Assembly: GCA_021513695.1 (NCBI GenBank)
Contig: CP084166.1
Location: forward strand, 1 to 64,000
From: Candidatus Heimdallarchaeum aukensis
GTDB lineage: Archaea; Asgardarchaeota; Heimdallarchaeia; Heimdallarchaeales; Heimdallarchaeaceae
Reading direction: 5' to 3'
Length of the DNA stretch: 64,000 nt
Shown: positions 17,999-27,800 of the stretch, piece after piece
Position numbering within the stretch: position 1 is the first letter of the stretch
Layout of the letters: the number at the start of each line of letters is the position of its first letter
Translations under genes and position numbers: made by a program
The notes under the pieces: model-generated
The model's database searches: none
Seen by the model: only the letters and a program-made list of their open reading frames with translations
What the model was told of the DNA's origin: nothing

Positions 17999-19488
17999 TG
18001 TCTGATAGTGTTGATGAGCAAATAGAAAAAAAGATGGATGAAATAGAGAATGCTGTTGTTGAACAGCTTGTTATTGATGAAGAATTTCATATGGAAGTAG
18101 AAGAGATATTAAATATACTAATTGAAAAAATCAATTCTGATCTTTCTTCTATAGGTGTTATAGGAAGAGTAGAGAAACAAGGATCTTTTGTAAGAAGAAC
18201 TTACTTAAATGAAGATGACTCCTATGATCTAGTATTGATACTAAAAAAAGATGAAAGACCAAATGTACCGAGAATATTAGATCAATTAGTAGAAAGATTG
18301 AAAAATGATAGAATACAAAAGCAACCTTTACAAATAACAAAAATTGTAGGCAAGATGCCTTATTTGAGAATGATTGCCAATGGAATATTAGTAAACCTGT
18401 TTGTAGGTTTTGACATCTCCCCAGAGCAATCTAAAATCTCCATTTTCGACCTTATTCCTCTACATACAAGTTACATAATTACCCATATGAGTGCCAACGA
18501 AAAGAAAGATGTACTACTTTTAAAGAAATTTATGAAAAGTATTGGTGTTTATAGAAATGAGATTGGTGCTATAGGATTCAATGGTTATTTATGCGAATTA
18601 CTTATTCTCTTTTATGGCTCATTTCGCAATACAATAAAAGCTATCGCTAAATGGAAACCCCGCGTTTTAATAGATATGAAGAAAAACAAACAAGTAATAG
18701 AAGATGTTGATGCACAAACAATTGAACTTCTAGGAGGATATTATCCACTATATGTGTCAGATCCGCTCGCTCCCAGAAACAATGTAGCAGCCGATGTTTC
18801 AATTGATCAATTTAATTCAGTTATTTCTGCTGCCAATGTTTATCTGTATTCTCCGAACTTATCTTTCTTTCTTTATCAACCTATAACCCTACCTTCTTTT
18901 GAAACATTAGTACAGAAAATAAAGATGTCAGGGAAAACTATTCTTGTTCTAAGTTTTGATAGAAGGCACCAAGAATCAGAAATTTGTTGGCACCAAGCGT
19001 TAAGTTTGAAAAGAGCTTTTACTAAAGAACTTGAGAGAAATCGTTATTTAATTGAAAGGATACAACCTTTTATAACTGATGAATATTATGGCATATTTAT
19101 CTCTCTATTCAAATCTAAACCTCAAGTTACTGTTAGGAGAGAAGGACCATTAATTTTTGACGGAAAAGCCTCTGCAAAGTTCCTAAAAACCTTTAGTACT
19201 CATGCTGATGTCGTTTCTGGCCCTTATATAGAAAAACAGAAATGGGTAATTTACTTCGCAAATAGAGGACAAAATGTTCTACTCTTTTTACAGTCACTAA
19301 TTCATTCTAATACTTTTATTCTAGAGGTAGATTCATTTCTTAAACTTGAAATAAAAAACAAACTAAAAATTCATTCTGTTGAAACAACATTAAAGAATCT
19401 TTATAATACTGATATAGAGTTCGCAGAGCAATTTTACCTTTTTGTAGAAAGAAAACCTATGTGGATCTTAAATATCGGAAAACAATAA
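17998..19488 (+). CDS. cca: archaeal class I CCA-adding tRNA nucleotidyltransferase
   Basis: Strong similarity to the Archaeoglobus CCA enzyme core: 'GFNGYLCELLILFYGSF', 'PRNNVAADVS', and the 'GSF...DDSYDLVL' nucleotidyltransferase motif. Confidence 0.85.
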   Translation: MSDSVDEQIEKKMDEIENAVVEQLVIDEEFHMEVEEILNILIEKINSDLSSIGVIGRVEKQGSFVRRTYLNEDDSYDLVLILKKDERPNVPRILDQLVERLKNDRIQKQPLQITKIVGKMPYLRMIANGILVNLFVGFDISPEQSKISIFDLIPLHTSYIITHMSANEKKDVLLLKKFMKSIGVYRNEIGAIGFNGYLCELLILFYGSFRNTIKAIAKWKPRVLIDMKKNKQVIEDVDAQTIELLGGYYPLYVSDPLAPRNNVAADVSIDQFNSVISAANVYLYSPNLSFFLYQPITLPSFETLVQKIKMSGKTILVLSFDRRHQESEICWHQALSLKRAFTKELERNRYLIERIQPFITDEYYGIFISLFKSKPQVTVRREGPLIFDGKASAKFLKTFSTHADVVSGPYIEKQKWVIYFANRGQNVLLFLQSLIHSNTFILEVDSFLKLEIKNKLKIHSVETTLKNLYNTDIEFAEQFYLFVERKPMWILNIGKQ

Positions 19489-19599
19489 GTTGTTTTATTT
19501 TTTCTTTTTATATTATTATTCTCCAATTTAAAACTGTTCTCTGTTTAAATAATAAGCAAATGTTTATATAAAATGTTTTACAAATGAAGATGTATCAAA

Positions 19600-19956
19600 A
19601 TGAATGAATTAACAGGAATAGCAAAAATAATTTTTGATGAACTAATGGATGAAATAGAGGAAGAACTCGAAGAAGCTCTCAGTGAAATTATATCTGAAGA
19701 AAAACTCTTCAATCTAGTAAAAACCCTACAAGAAAATACTAAACAAGAAGTGATAGAGATAATTAATGAAAACTATTCTGAAGAGATGAATTCTGTTAAA
19801 AAGATGATCTTGGGAGAAAAACTTTCAAGAATAGTAACAAGAGAAGCAAGAAAAGTGTTAGAAAAATTATCTCTAGAGCTAATCAGCCTGTCAATGGGCT
19901 TAATAGAAACCTTAAGGAACGAAATTATTGGAGAGGTTTTTGAAGAAACAGAGTAG
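19600..19956 (+). CDS. acidic coiled-coil protein (hypothetical)
   Basis: 118 aa, very Glu-rich, helical heptad-like pattern. Confidence 0.3.
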   Translation: MNELTGIAKIIFDELMDEIEEELEEALSEIISEEKLFNLVKTLQENTKQEVIEIINENYSEEMNSVKKMILGEKLSRIVTREARKVLEKLSLELISLSMGLIETLRNEIIGEVFEETE

Positions 19957-20119
19957 AAAAAAGTATTTCCTTTCATTAATCTTTTTCTCTCATATTATTT
20001 TTTGAAAAGTATGAATTCCTTCAATAATTATTTATAATTAAAACCAAAAAAAAAAGTAGTAGGAACTTTCTTAAATAAAAAAGAGAGAAAAGAAGAACAA
20101 TTTTTCTTTATAAAATCGA

Positions 20120-21751
20120 TTAATAAACTCTTTTGTTATCTTTAAAGACAAATAGTTTATTTGGATTGATATATACTTTTATTGTATCTCCTACTATTTT
20201 TGAGATTATTTTATCTAGTCCTTCTACAACATCAATAAGGAGAATAGTTCCGTCTTTAAGCAATCCTGTTAATTTGGCTTCTTTACCTAAATATTCTATC
20301 GTATGTATCTCAATTTCTAATTCAAAACAACCGTCTATATTCTTCAGAGAAACATCTTCTGGTCTTACAACAATAGCTAATTCAGTTCCTTTATCAATCT
20401 CTTCTTTAACCTCGATTTTTATTTTTTCTCCACCCTTTAGTTTAACGATTCCATCACCCTCGTAATTACCCATTAGAGTGGTTGATTCACCAATGAACTG
20501 AGCTACGAAGAGAGTTTTTGGATCATCCCACACTTCTCTAGGTTTACCGTATTGTTCAATGTAACCAACGTTCATAACCGCTATACGGTCACTAATTGCT
20601 AATGCTTCAGTTTGATCATGTGTTACATATACTGCAGTCATACCTATTTTCTTTATAATAGAACGAATTTCTGTTCTAAGCTCTTTTCTCAGTTTAGCAT
20701 CTAAATTGCTTAATGGTTCATCACAAAGCAAAACATCTGGTTCAACAACTATTGCTCTAGCTAAAGCAATTCTTTGTTGTTGGCCTCCACTTAATTCAGG
20801 AGGATTTTTGTAAGCTTGATCTTCAAGATGAACCATTTTCAGAGCGTCAAAGACTTTTTTTCTCCTGAAAGCCCAATCAGGGTCTATCTTTTCTTTACTA
20901 TCTAAATAAGCTTTTTTACTTTCTGAAAAAGGAAGTCTAACGTATTTCCATAGTTTAATTAAAAACCAAGTTATTTTAGCGACTGATGATGTATGTTTTT
21001 TTAAATATTCTTTTTTCTCTTTTTCTATTGTTTCAGAAACATATTTGTAGGTTAAAGGATGAAAAATAAAGAATGGTCGAGTTAAAGGATATAGCATGAT
21101 GTAAATTGGTTTCCTGTATTTTACTTTCTCTTCTTTAGTTTTTGTTTCTGGTAACCAATCAGGGAGTTCTCTGACGACATAGGAATAATGGTCTCTAATT
21201 GCTTTCTTTAGTGTCTTAAGCACATATTTGATATTTTTTAATTTAATTTTTGGATCATTCAGTTCTTGTTGGACTTCTTCAGTAGACAAATTCCAACATG
21301 TCTCAGTATTTTTGTCTTTGCAATAGTCAACAATGTATTCAGCTATTTTTTCTAATTGTTTAGTTGCACCATAACTCGAAAATGATAAGTCAGAAATTGT
21401 ATCTTTCTTTACTTTAATGAAAAAAACGATTTTTTCTTTTAATCTTAATTTTAGACCGTATTCAACATTTCCGAAAATGGACATATGAGGCCATAAAGCG
21501 TAATTTTGAAAGATCATTGCAGTATTTCTTTTTTGTGGAGGAAGTAAAGTAACATCTTTATCTCCTAAAAATATCTGACCTTCAAAGGGTTCAACGAATC
21601 CTGCTAATGAACGAAGTAATGTAGTCTTACCACAACCACTAGGACCAAGTAAAGTAGTAATCTCTCCGTCTGGTATTTCTAAATCAATATTCCTTACTGC
21701 AATAAAATCATCATAAGCAATTCCAATATTTTTGTATTTTACAGAAACCAA
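20120..21751 (-). CDS. ABC transporter ATP-binding protein (importer-type with C-terminal TOBE-like domain) carrying a ~190-aa insertion between Q-loop and signature motif
   Basis: Walker A 'GPSGCGKTT', Q-loop 'MIFQNY', signature 'LSGGQQQRIALARA', Walker B 'LLCDEP', H-loop 'VTHDQ'. The signature sits at about aa 322 instead of about aa 140. There is no adjacent permease or substrate-binding gene. Confidence 0.75.
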   Translation of the reverse strand: MVSVKYKNIGIAYDDFIAVRNIDLEIPDGEITTLLGPSGCGKTTLLRSLAGFVEPFEGQIFLGDKDVTLLPPQKRNTAMIFQNYALWPHMSIFGNVEYGLKLRLKEKIVFFIKVKKDTISDLSFSSYGATKQLEKIAEYIVDYCKDKNTETCWNLSTEEVQQELNDPKIKLKNIKYVLKTLKKAIRDHYSYVVRELPDWLPETKTKEEKVKYRKPIYIMLYPLTRPFFIFHPLTYKYVSETIEKEKKEYLKKHTSSVAKITWFLIKLWKYVRLPFSESKKAYLDSKEKIDPDWAFRRKKVFDALKMVHLEDQAYKNPPELSGGQQQRIALARAIVVEPDVLLCDEPLSNLDAKLRKELRTEIRSIIKKIGMTAVYVTHDQTEALAISDRIAVMNVGYIEQYGKPREVWDDPKTLFVAQFIGESTTLMGNYEGDGIVKLKGGEKIKIEVKEEIDKGTELAIVVRPEDVSLKNIDGCFELEIEIHTIEYLGKEAKLTGLLKDGTILLIDVVEGLDKIISKIVGDTIKVYINPNKLFVFKDNKRVY

Positions 21752-22009
21752 CTTCTTCTACCTTGACCGCTTTTATTCTTACTTTGAAGTTAAGTTTAAA
21801 AGTTTTTTTAGAATTACCTAACTATTAGATAATAAAAATAAGAAAGATAGTTAGTTGAAAAATTTAAAATAAAATTATTTTGAAATATTTTTAAGAAGAT
21901 AAGGCTAATTACTATTTATTATTGTTTAACTAAAAGATTAAAATAGGACAAACAGAGCTTGTATTATTAATTAAAAAAATTAGCTTAAATTTTAAGTCTG
22001 GGGTGAAAA

Positions 22010-23011
22010 ATGTCATTAAAATTGAGTGAAAGTATTACTAAGATATCCAGCAATTTTATTCTTCTGAAGTACAAGCATCAAAGTAAAGTTGAAAGGGGAA
22101 TTGGTTCTCCAAATAGTGTTATAGTTGAAAATAATGAAGAAATAGCAGTTATTGATCCTGCAAGCTGGACTCACAATTTGAAGTTATTTCTAAAATATAA
22201 AAATAAAGAACAAATTCAAGAAAATTATTCTGTAAGAAAGATAGCTCTTACCCACGAGCACTGGGATCATATTTTAGCTGGTAGTTATTTCCAAGAAAAA
22301 TTAGATTTTGAGATTTCAAGCAGTGAATTAGAAAAAGAGGCTGTTGAGGATGAAGAAATTCTCTTTAAACATATGTTTGGCGATTACCCTATTTTAGAAA
22401 GAGAAATGAGAATATCAACTATTTCTAAGAAAGTCGTCAAAAAAACTATTACATGGATGTGGGGACCTTATTACTCTATGAAAGTTTCAAACACACTTAA
22501 AGAGGGCGATACCTTCTTCGATGAACCACAAATAAAAGTAATTGAGACACCTAGCCATACATCTGGTTCTTTAAGTTTTTATGTTCCAACGGATAAAATC
22601 TTGATTTCTGGAGATTTAATGGATTTAGAAACAGGTGTAGGGTTAGATTTAAACAACCCCTATTCCAGTGTAGAAGCTGGATTAAGATCTTTAGAGAAGG
22701 TGAAAAAACTAGATATAGAAATTTTGATTCCAGGGCACGGAGAAATAGTAAAAGGAAAAGAAACTATAAAAAAATTATTTGAAAAACGTATTCAAGAAAC
22801 AACATCCATTTATAACAAGATAATAGAGCTTCTAGAAACTCGTCCAACAACTTTAAGAGGTTTAGTAATTGGGGTTTTTCCTGATACAAGATGGAAAATA
22901 AACTTATACTATCTCCGCAAATATTTGATTTTTGCTTATTTGAATGAGATAAATAAAAAAAGAGGTCTAAATATCGAACAGAAGTTGAATAAGACCCAAA
23001 TCTCAATATAA
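22010..23011 (+). CDS. metallo-beta-lactamase fold hydrolase
   Basis: 'LTHEHWDHILAG' (HxHxDH), later 'TPSHTSGS' and 'PGHGE' metal ligands. Confidence 0.7.
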   Translation: MSLKLSESITKISSNFILLKYKHQSKVERGIGSPNSVIVENNEEIAVIDPASWTHNLKLFLKYKNKEQIQENYSVRKIALTHEHWDHILAGSYFQEKLDFEISSSELEKEAVEDEEILFKHMFGDYPILEREMRISTISKKVVKKTITWMWGPYYSMKVSNTLKEGDTFFDEPQIKVIETPSHTSGSLSFYVPTDKILISGDLMDLETGVGLDLNNPYSSVEAGLRSLEKVKKLDIEILIPGHGEIVKGKETIKKLFEKRIQETTSIYNKIIELLETRPTTLRGLVIGVFPDTRWKINLYYLRKYLIFAYLNEINKKRGLNIEQKLNKTQISI

Positions 23012-23017
23012 GAAAAA

Positions 23018-25990
23018 TTAAATTGGGACTAGAATGTCGTATAAATTGTTATCGCCTATTTTTTCTTTTAGTAGTTTTTTTAGTTTTTGATTAATATCTT
23101 TATAAAAACGTAGTTTCATTTCAGAACTTAATTGCCAAGTGTTAAACTCTTGATTCACAATTAGGATATTTTCTTGCATTCTTTTAATTACATCTTCAAT
23201 CGAAAATACTGATGAGAATAAAATACCCATTTCTGAAATATTAAGATTTATTGTGTTAGGTGTTAATTCTTGTACTTTCTGCAGTAACGAAAGAGTATAT
23301 TTTAGTTCTGGAAAACTAATTAATTGTCCTTCTAGTTCTTGAATTGTAAATTGCCCAATAATATTAGCGTCGACTAATTGCTTAAATGGTTCAGTAAGCT
23401 CGTTGTATTCTCTGAAATACGAAACTGTGTAAAGATTTTCTAATTGTTCTCTTATTTCTTCTTTAATAATTTCTAGTGATTTGTTTGGTTCTTTATTTTT
23501 TAGTGCTAAATTAATAGTTGGAGATAGATGAATAAGAGATTCTTGAGTGATTTCGAATTTATTGTTTTCTGGAAGTTTTACTTTAAGAATATCAAAGGGT
23601 AACTCTGGAAGAGCTATATAGAACTCTTCTTCATTTTCATTTTCATGTATTGAATTATCTAAAAGAAACTCTCTAAAGTAAAGAGAAAATTTGGATAATT
23701 GACGTTTTAAACTTTCACTCCCCACAAAAGCTTTTTTCCTTAAGCCTAATTGTTGTTTTAGAATTTCTAATAGAGATGGGATTTCTATTTTGTTAAAAAC
23801 CACTTTGTTTTTATCTAAGGAAGGAACCCATTTATCTGAAGAGCCATATTCAACAGCTATTCTTCCTGCAGTAGTTGTTTCAGAGAATAAAGCTTCCATT
23901 CCATAACTAAGAATTAAATTAGTTAATGGAATGTAAGTAGCTTCGCTTTTACCAACAACAGCGATTCTAATAAAACCATACCCTGGATAAATAGAGTAAT
24001 TTCTAACTATTTCTCGGAGATCATTGTTTAAAACTATGGATAAAGTCATAGGATGAGTTAGCTCTATGGTATTTCCAACCATAAAAAAGTATCCAATTTC
24101 AAAGAAATCTTGATATTTGTTTAGAGGAGGAAGGAATCTTATTATATTGTCAATCGTTATAATCAATGGTGTTTCTACAAGCTGTAGAAGCTTCTTGTAT
24201 TTAATCTCTACATCTAGTTCTTGAAAACGCTCCTCATTTAATGTTCGTATGAGAAAATCCAAGAATTCACAACTTGTAATAAAATACTTATTGTCTTGAT
24301 AGGTAAAAAGGATACCATTATCAACCTTAGATTCCTCTATTTCATCAATAATTGAGAAAAATTTGTCTATTGAAATGTCTTCTTCTTTTTGTATTTTGTC
24401 TTGTTCATTTAGATTTAAACTAATCAAAAATTTATTGATAAATTCTATATTCTCATTTTCAGTAATAAAATCTTCTAGTGCTTTATAGCTTATTGAATAT
24501 TTTAAGTCTGAAACGCTAAAAGAAAATTTGTCATTCTCTTGACTTAAAAATTTAATAGTTTCTGAAAAGTTTTTTAACATTACTTTTCTATTTAACTCAA
24601 TATAAGCTAACATTTCTTTGAAAAATTGTACTTCATCATCAAAAAAAGCATAGTCAATATCAGTGTTATTTGCTGAATGCTTTGTTAAGTTTTTTATTAT
24701 TGAAATGAAGAAAGCCTTCATTCTAGTATCTTTCATTGCAGCTTGTTCTATAATATCAAGTAATATTTTGAGTTCGGGTGAGTTAGAACTCCTTTTTTCC
24801 ATTTCAGAAAGAATTTCATGAGGAGTCAACTCTTTACTTTTTTTCTCTCCAAAAGTGTGTTGAATTGATGATTTAGGATTATACGAATACCTGAGAAACT
24901 CTGATACTTTTTTTATTTTGAAACCTATATTACGAATATCTTTAGTCCAGTTTCCAGTTTCTAGATCACTAGCAAAAGAAAAAAGGTTCAGGAACTTATC
25001 TTGACTAAGTTCCAAGATCGTTTTGTTTTCTAGTTGTTCTGTATCTAGCGAATGCTGTTTATTTATTTTGTACAAAATATGCGCAAAATAAGCCATCACA
25101 CTTATACCAAAAGCTCTTTTTCTTTTTGAAAAAAGTGATTCTTCAGGATTTTCATTTAAGATTCGCATGAGTTCTCTAGAATAACTATTCAATAATCTAA
25201 TGTTAATAAATTCATTTTTCTTATCTTGTTTTTCAGGGCTTAAAGGAAAAATTGCTGGAACCATAAAGTTGTCAAATATCTGCGATGATTCATTTTCTTC
25301 TTTTATTTGTTTGAATCTATCAAAATTTTCCTTCATCAGCGAAGAAAAACTCCCCATAAAAAGAGACAGAGTTGGAAAAAAAGGTTCTTCTTTCTTCGAG
25401 TTAATGATTGAAAGTAGAACTTCTGTTTCTGGAACAAGAGAGTTAAGCATTTTTAAGATGCTCAATGTGCGTGAATCGATATTTTCTGTTTCTACAGTAA
25501 GTCCAATATGGGACGAAGATTTAAGAAAAGATTCTATTTCACTCATTATACTATTTATGAGTTCACGCAACTTTGATCCGTCTTCTTCTATTGATCTTAA
25601 TGTAGGATTAAACAAACACTTTCTGTACATCACTGCAGCTAAGTTCTGCCAATCTTCAAATTCTTCTATGTTTTTGTCAAGAATTGATAGAAAAGTAAGA
25701 AGAAACTCTTCTCCATAAAAACTGAATCTGGGAATGGTAACCAAATGACTTAAAATTTCATTAGTGTTGAACTTCTTTAATTTTTTATCTTTTTCAGCGA
25801 TTTCTTCTTTTTCTACTTTTTTTTCTCCTTTACTTGTCAAAACTTGTTTAATTATCTCTCTTGCAGGTTCTTGCGCCTTACTTCTACTTAATCCGTATGT
25901 GCGAATAAGATAGGTTACGACCAACCCAAAAGCGTCATCTCCATTTTCAATGATATTCTCCTTAAGTTCATCAGTAATATAGTAACTCAT
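23018..25990 (-). CDS. large hypothetical protein (990 aa), no recognisable catalytic motif
   Basis: Long uninterrupted ORF with coding-like composition. No Walker A, no metal-binding clusters and no TM segments seen. Confidence 0.5.
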   Translation of the reverse strand: MSYYITDELKENIIENGDDAFGLVVTYLIRTYGLSRSKAQEPAREIIKQVLTSKGEKKVEKEEIAEKDKKLKKFNTNEILSHLVTIPRFSFYGEEFLLTFLSILDKNIEEFEDWQNLAAVMYRKCLFNPTLRSIEEDGSKLRELINSIMSEIESFLKSSSHIGLTVETENIDSRTLSILKMLNSLVPETEVLLSIINSKKEEPFFPTLSLFMGSFSSLMKENFDRFKQIKEENESSQIFDNFMVPAIFPLSPEKQDKKNEFINIRLLNSYSRELMRILNENPEESLFSKRKRAFGISVMAYFAHILYKINKQHSLDTEQLENKTILELSQDKFLNLFSFASDLETGNWTKDIRNIGFKIKKVSEFLRYSYNPKSSIQHTFGEKKSKELTPHEILSEMEKRSSNSPELKILLDIIEQAAMKDTRMKAFFISIIKNLTKHSANNTDIDYAFFDDEVQFFKEMLAYIELNRKVMLKNFSETIKFLSQENDKFSFSVSDLKYSISYKALEDFITENENIEFINKFLISLNLNEQDKIQKEEDISIDKFFSIIDEIEESKVDNGILFTYQDNKYFITSCEFLDFLIRTLNEERFQELDVEIKYKKLLQLVETPLIITIDNIIRFLPPLNKYQDFFEIGYFFMVGNTIELTHPMTLSIVLNNDLREIVRNYSIYPGYGFIRIAVVGKSEATYIPLTNLILSYGMEALFSETTTAGRIAVEYGSSDKWVPSLDKNKVVFNKIEIPSLLEILKQQLGLRKKAFVGSESLKRQLSKFSLYFREFLLDNSIHENENEEEFYIALPELPFDILKVKLPENNKFEITQESLIHLSPTINLALKNKEPNKSLEIIKEEIREQLENLYTVSYFREYNELTEPFKQLVDANIIGQFTIQELEGQLISFPELKYTLSLLQKVQELTPNTINLNISEMGILFSSVFSIEDVIKRMQENILIVNQEFNTWQLSSEMKLRFYKDINQKLKKLLKEKIGDNNLYDILVPI

Positions 25991-26342
25991 TGTCTAAATT
26001 TACGGCAAAAATCTTCCTTTAAAATTTATTGTTACTCTAAGATGGGATAATAAATCAATAATAAGTTTAACTATTTTTTTCTTTTAAAAAAAGCATTTTT
26101 TTAATTTTGATAGCTAAAAATTGATTTGAGTGTATATTATTAGGAAGGCTGTGAAATTCTATCTAAATGTTATAGAGCATGCTTCTATTTTTTACGTAAT
26201 TTACAGTTGTTGAGGAAAAAGGAGAGGAAAAAGGGAAGAGAGGAAGGAGAGGGGTTTTTATAGAGAAAAAAAGTAAAATAAAAAGAGAAGAAGAAAAAAC
26301 AAGAGAAAAAATAAACAGAAAAGAAAAGAAGGAAGGAAAAAA

Positions 26343-27800
26343 ATGGTGGAAGACGTCGTCAAAACCTTGAAAGTGAGAATAAAGAAGGAGGTATTGACGA
26401 CGAGGAAGAAGGAAAGGTTAAGGAGAATAACGGGGAGAGACACGAGGATAATAGAGAAGTATGTGAGAATAATACATCACAACAGAAGAAAAATATGTGC
26501 TAAAACTAAAAAAGGGAAAATAAGAGTCCATAGAGGAAAACTAGATGAACTGACGCTAACTACTTCAAAAGTTAAAGAAGAAGAGAGAAGAAAGACTGTT
26601 CCTCACGATCTGAAGAAAATGTTCCCTTATTGTTCTCACAATGAATTCCAAGAATGTAGAGATATAGCCGTACAATTATATGAACAAGGGTATAGACCTA
26701 ACAATACTCGTCCTCCAATAAAGAGAGTTAGAAAACAACTAATTAATGCAAAGAGGTTTGTTCTCGTTCATCTGCCAAAAGAGAAGAATAACACTCTCAC
26801 TCGTTGGTGGGTGGGGATAAGAGACTCGTTAGATACGTGGAGAAGAAACACACCTTATCATCAGAAACTATGGTTACCTTTAGAGATGAGCACTTTCCAC
26901 CAGAAAGAGTTAAAGAAAGGAAGAATAAAAAGTTTAGAACTAAGATATAAACGTTCTACACATGAGTGGTGGGTGTATTTCCAACTAAAAGTCATTCCTC
27001 CTCCTTCTTTTTATCTCACAAGTCAAGGAGATAATTCTTCTTCTCTTCCCCCAGCTGTGCTGGGAATAGATCTAGGGATAAGCATTCCTGCTGCAGGAGT
27101 GCTTCTAACCCCTAAAAAGAAATTAACAAGTGAAGAAATAAAATTCTGGTATACCAAACAGTGGAATAAAGTTAATCACCGATATAAACTCAAACTTTCC
27201 CGTCTTCAGAGGAAAGCGGCTTTAAACGACCAGTCGGGTAAAAAACACCAGATTTACCGTTTTCTTGGTCTTCTCCGAAGAAGATATAAAAACGTTAAAC
27301 GAGCCTATATTTACCAATTTGTAAACGACATCGTGCAGACGATAGAGACTTATGCACAAGTGTATGACCTTTTTGTCGTTGTAGGTTATCCTAAACACAT
27401 TCGCGAGGAGAAAGGAAAGAGAAAAAGTACTCATAAGTTTCGTAGAAAACTTCATCAGTGGAACTTTTCTCTTGTTCTTGCCCTTCTTCGTCGAGCATTG
27501 ATACTTCGAGGATTTGAACCTCACCAAATATTAACGATAGAAGAAAGAGGGACATCCTCTCACTGTACTCGTTGCGGGAGGAAAGTTATCCGTCCCGTTA
27601 GAGGTTTAGTCCATTGCTCTTCTTGCAATTACACTTTCCACTCTGACCTCACAGGAGCAATGAATATCGCTCGTAAGTTCCTTGGTGCTCTTTTCCGTCC
27701 TCAAGGAAACACTATCACTGATTACCTCACTGGTCATAAATTCGGTCTCACTCATTTCACTGTTTGCCGAGGGCTCAGCCATTGGTTGCAGCCCCATTAG
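26343..27800 (+). CDS. tnpB: TnpB (IS200/IS605 OrfB, RuvC-like RNA-guided nuclease family)
   Basis: RuvC-I 'VLGIDLGIS'. C-terminal zinc finger 'CTRCGRK...CSSCNYTFHSDLTGAMNIARKF' (CxxC...CxxC followed by the RuvC-III-like HSD...N.A motif). Confidence 0.85.
   Translation: MVEDVVKTLKVRIKKEVLTTRKKERLRRITGRDTRIIEKYVRIIHHNRRKICAKTKKGKIRVHRGKLDELTLTTSKVKEEERRKTVPHDLKKMFPYCSHNEFQECRDIAVQLYEQGYRPNNTRPPIKRVRKQLINAKRFVLVHLPKEKNNTLTRWWVGIRDSLDTWRRNTPYHQKLWLPLEMSTFHQKELKKGRIKSLELRYKRSTHEWWVYFQLKVIPPPSFYLTSQGDNSSSLPPAVLGIDLGISIPAAGVLLTPKKKLTSEEIKFWYTKQWNKVNHRYKLKLSRLQRKAALNDQSGKKHQIYRFLGLLRRRYKNVKRAYIYQFVNDIVQTIETYAQVYDLFVVVGYPKHIREEKGKRKSTHKFRRKLHQWNFSLVLALLRRALILRGFEPHQILTIEERGTSSHCTRCGRKVIRPVRGLVHCSSCNYTFHSDLTGAMNIARKFLGALFRPQGNTITDYLTGHKFGLTHFTVCRGLSHWLQPH

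Noticed and set aside
25200-25718. 172-aa ORF antisense to the 990-aa gene, plus the other embedded antisense ORFs (9763..9966, 10024..10209, 12063..12317, 33791..33988, 34424..34789, 35775..36180, 49184..49516, 52702..52890, 54570..54914, 62596..62823, 63138..63736)
   Set aside because: All lie wholly within longer, motif-supported genes on the opposite strand and have low-complexity or Ser/Leu/Phe-rich translations typical of antisense frames in AT-rich DNA.
26172-26192. 'agagcatgcttct' upstream of tnpB resembling the IS5-like terminal repeat 'gggcatgcttcttaag'
   Set aside because: Only a 10-12 nt match, with no partner inverted repeat around the tnpB element. This is compatible with chance in 64 kb, though a solo IR remnant cannot be excluded.
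26258-26443. 61-aa reverse-strand ORF over the GA tract and tnpB start
   Set aside because: It is a translation of a polypurine/polypyrimidine low-complexity tract (F/L-rich) and overlaps a real gene start.
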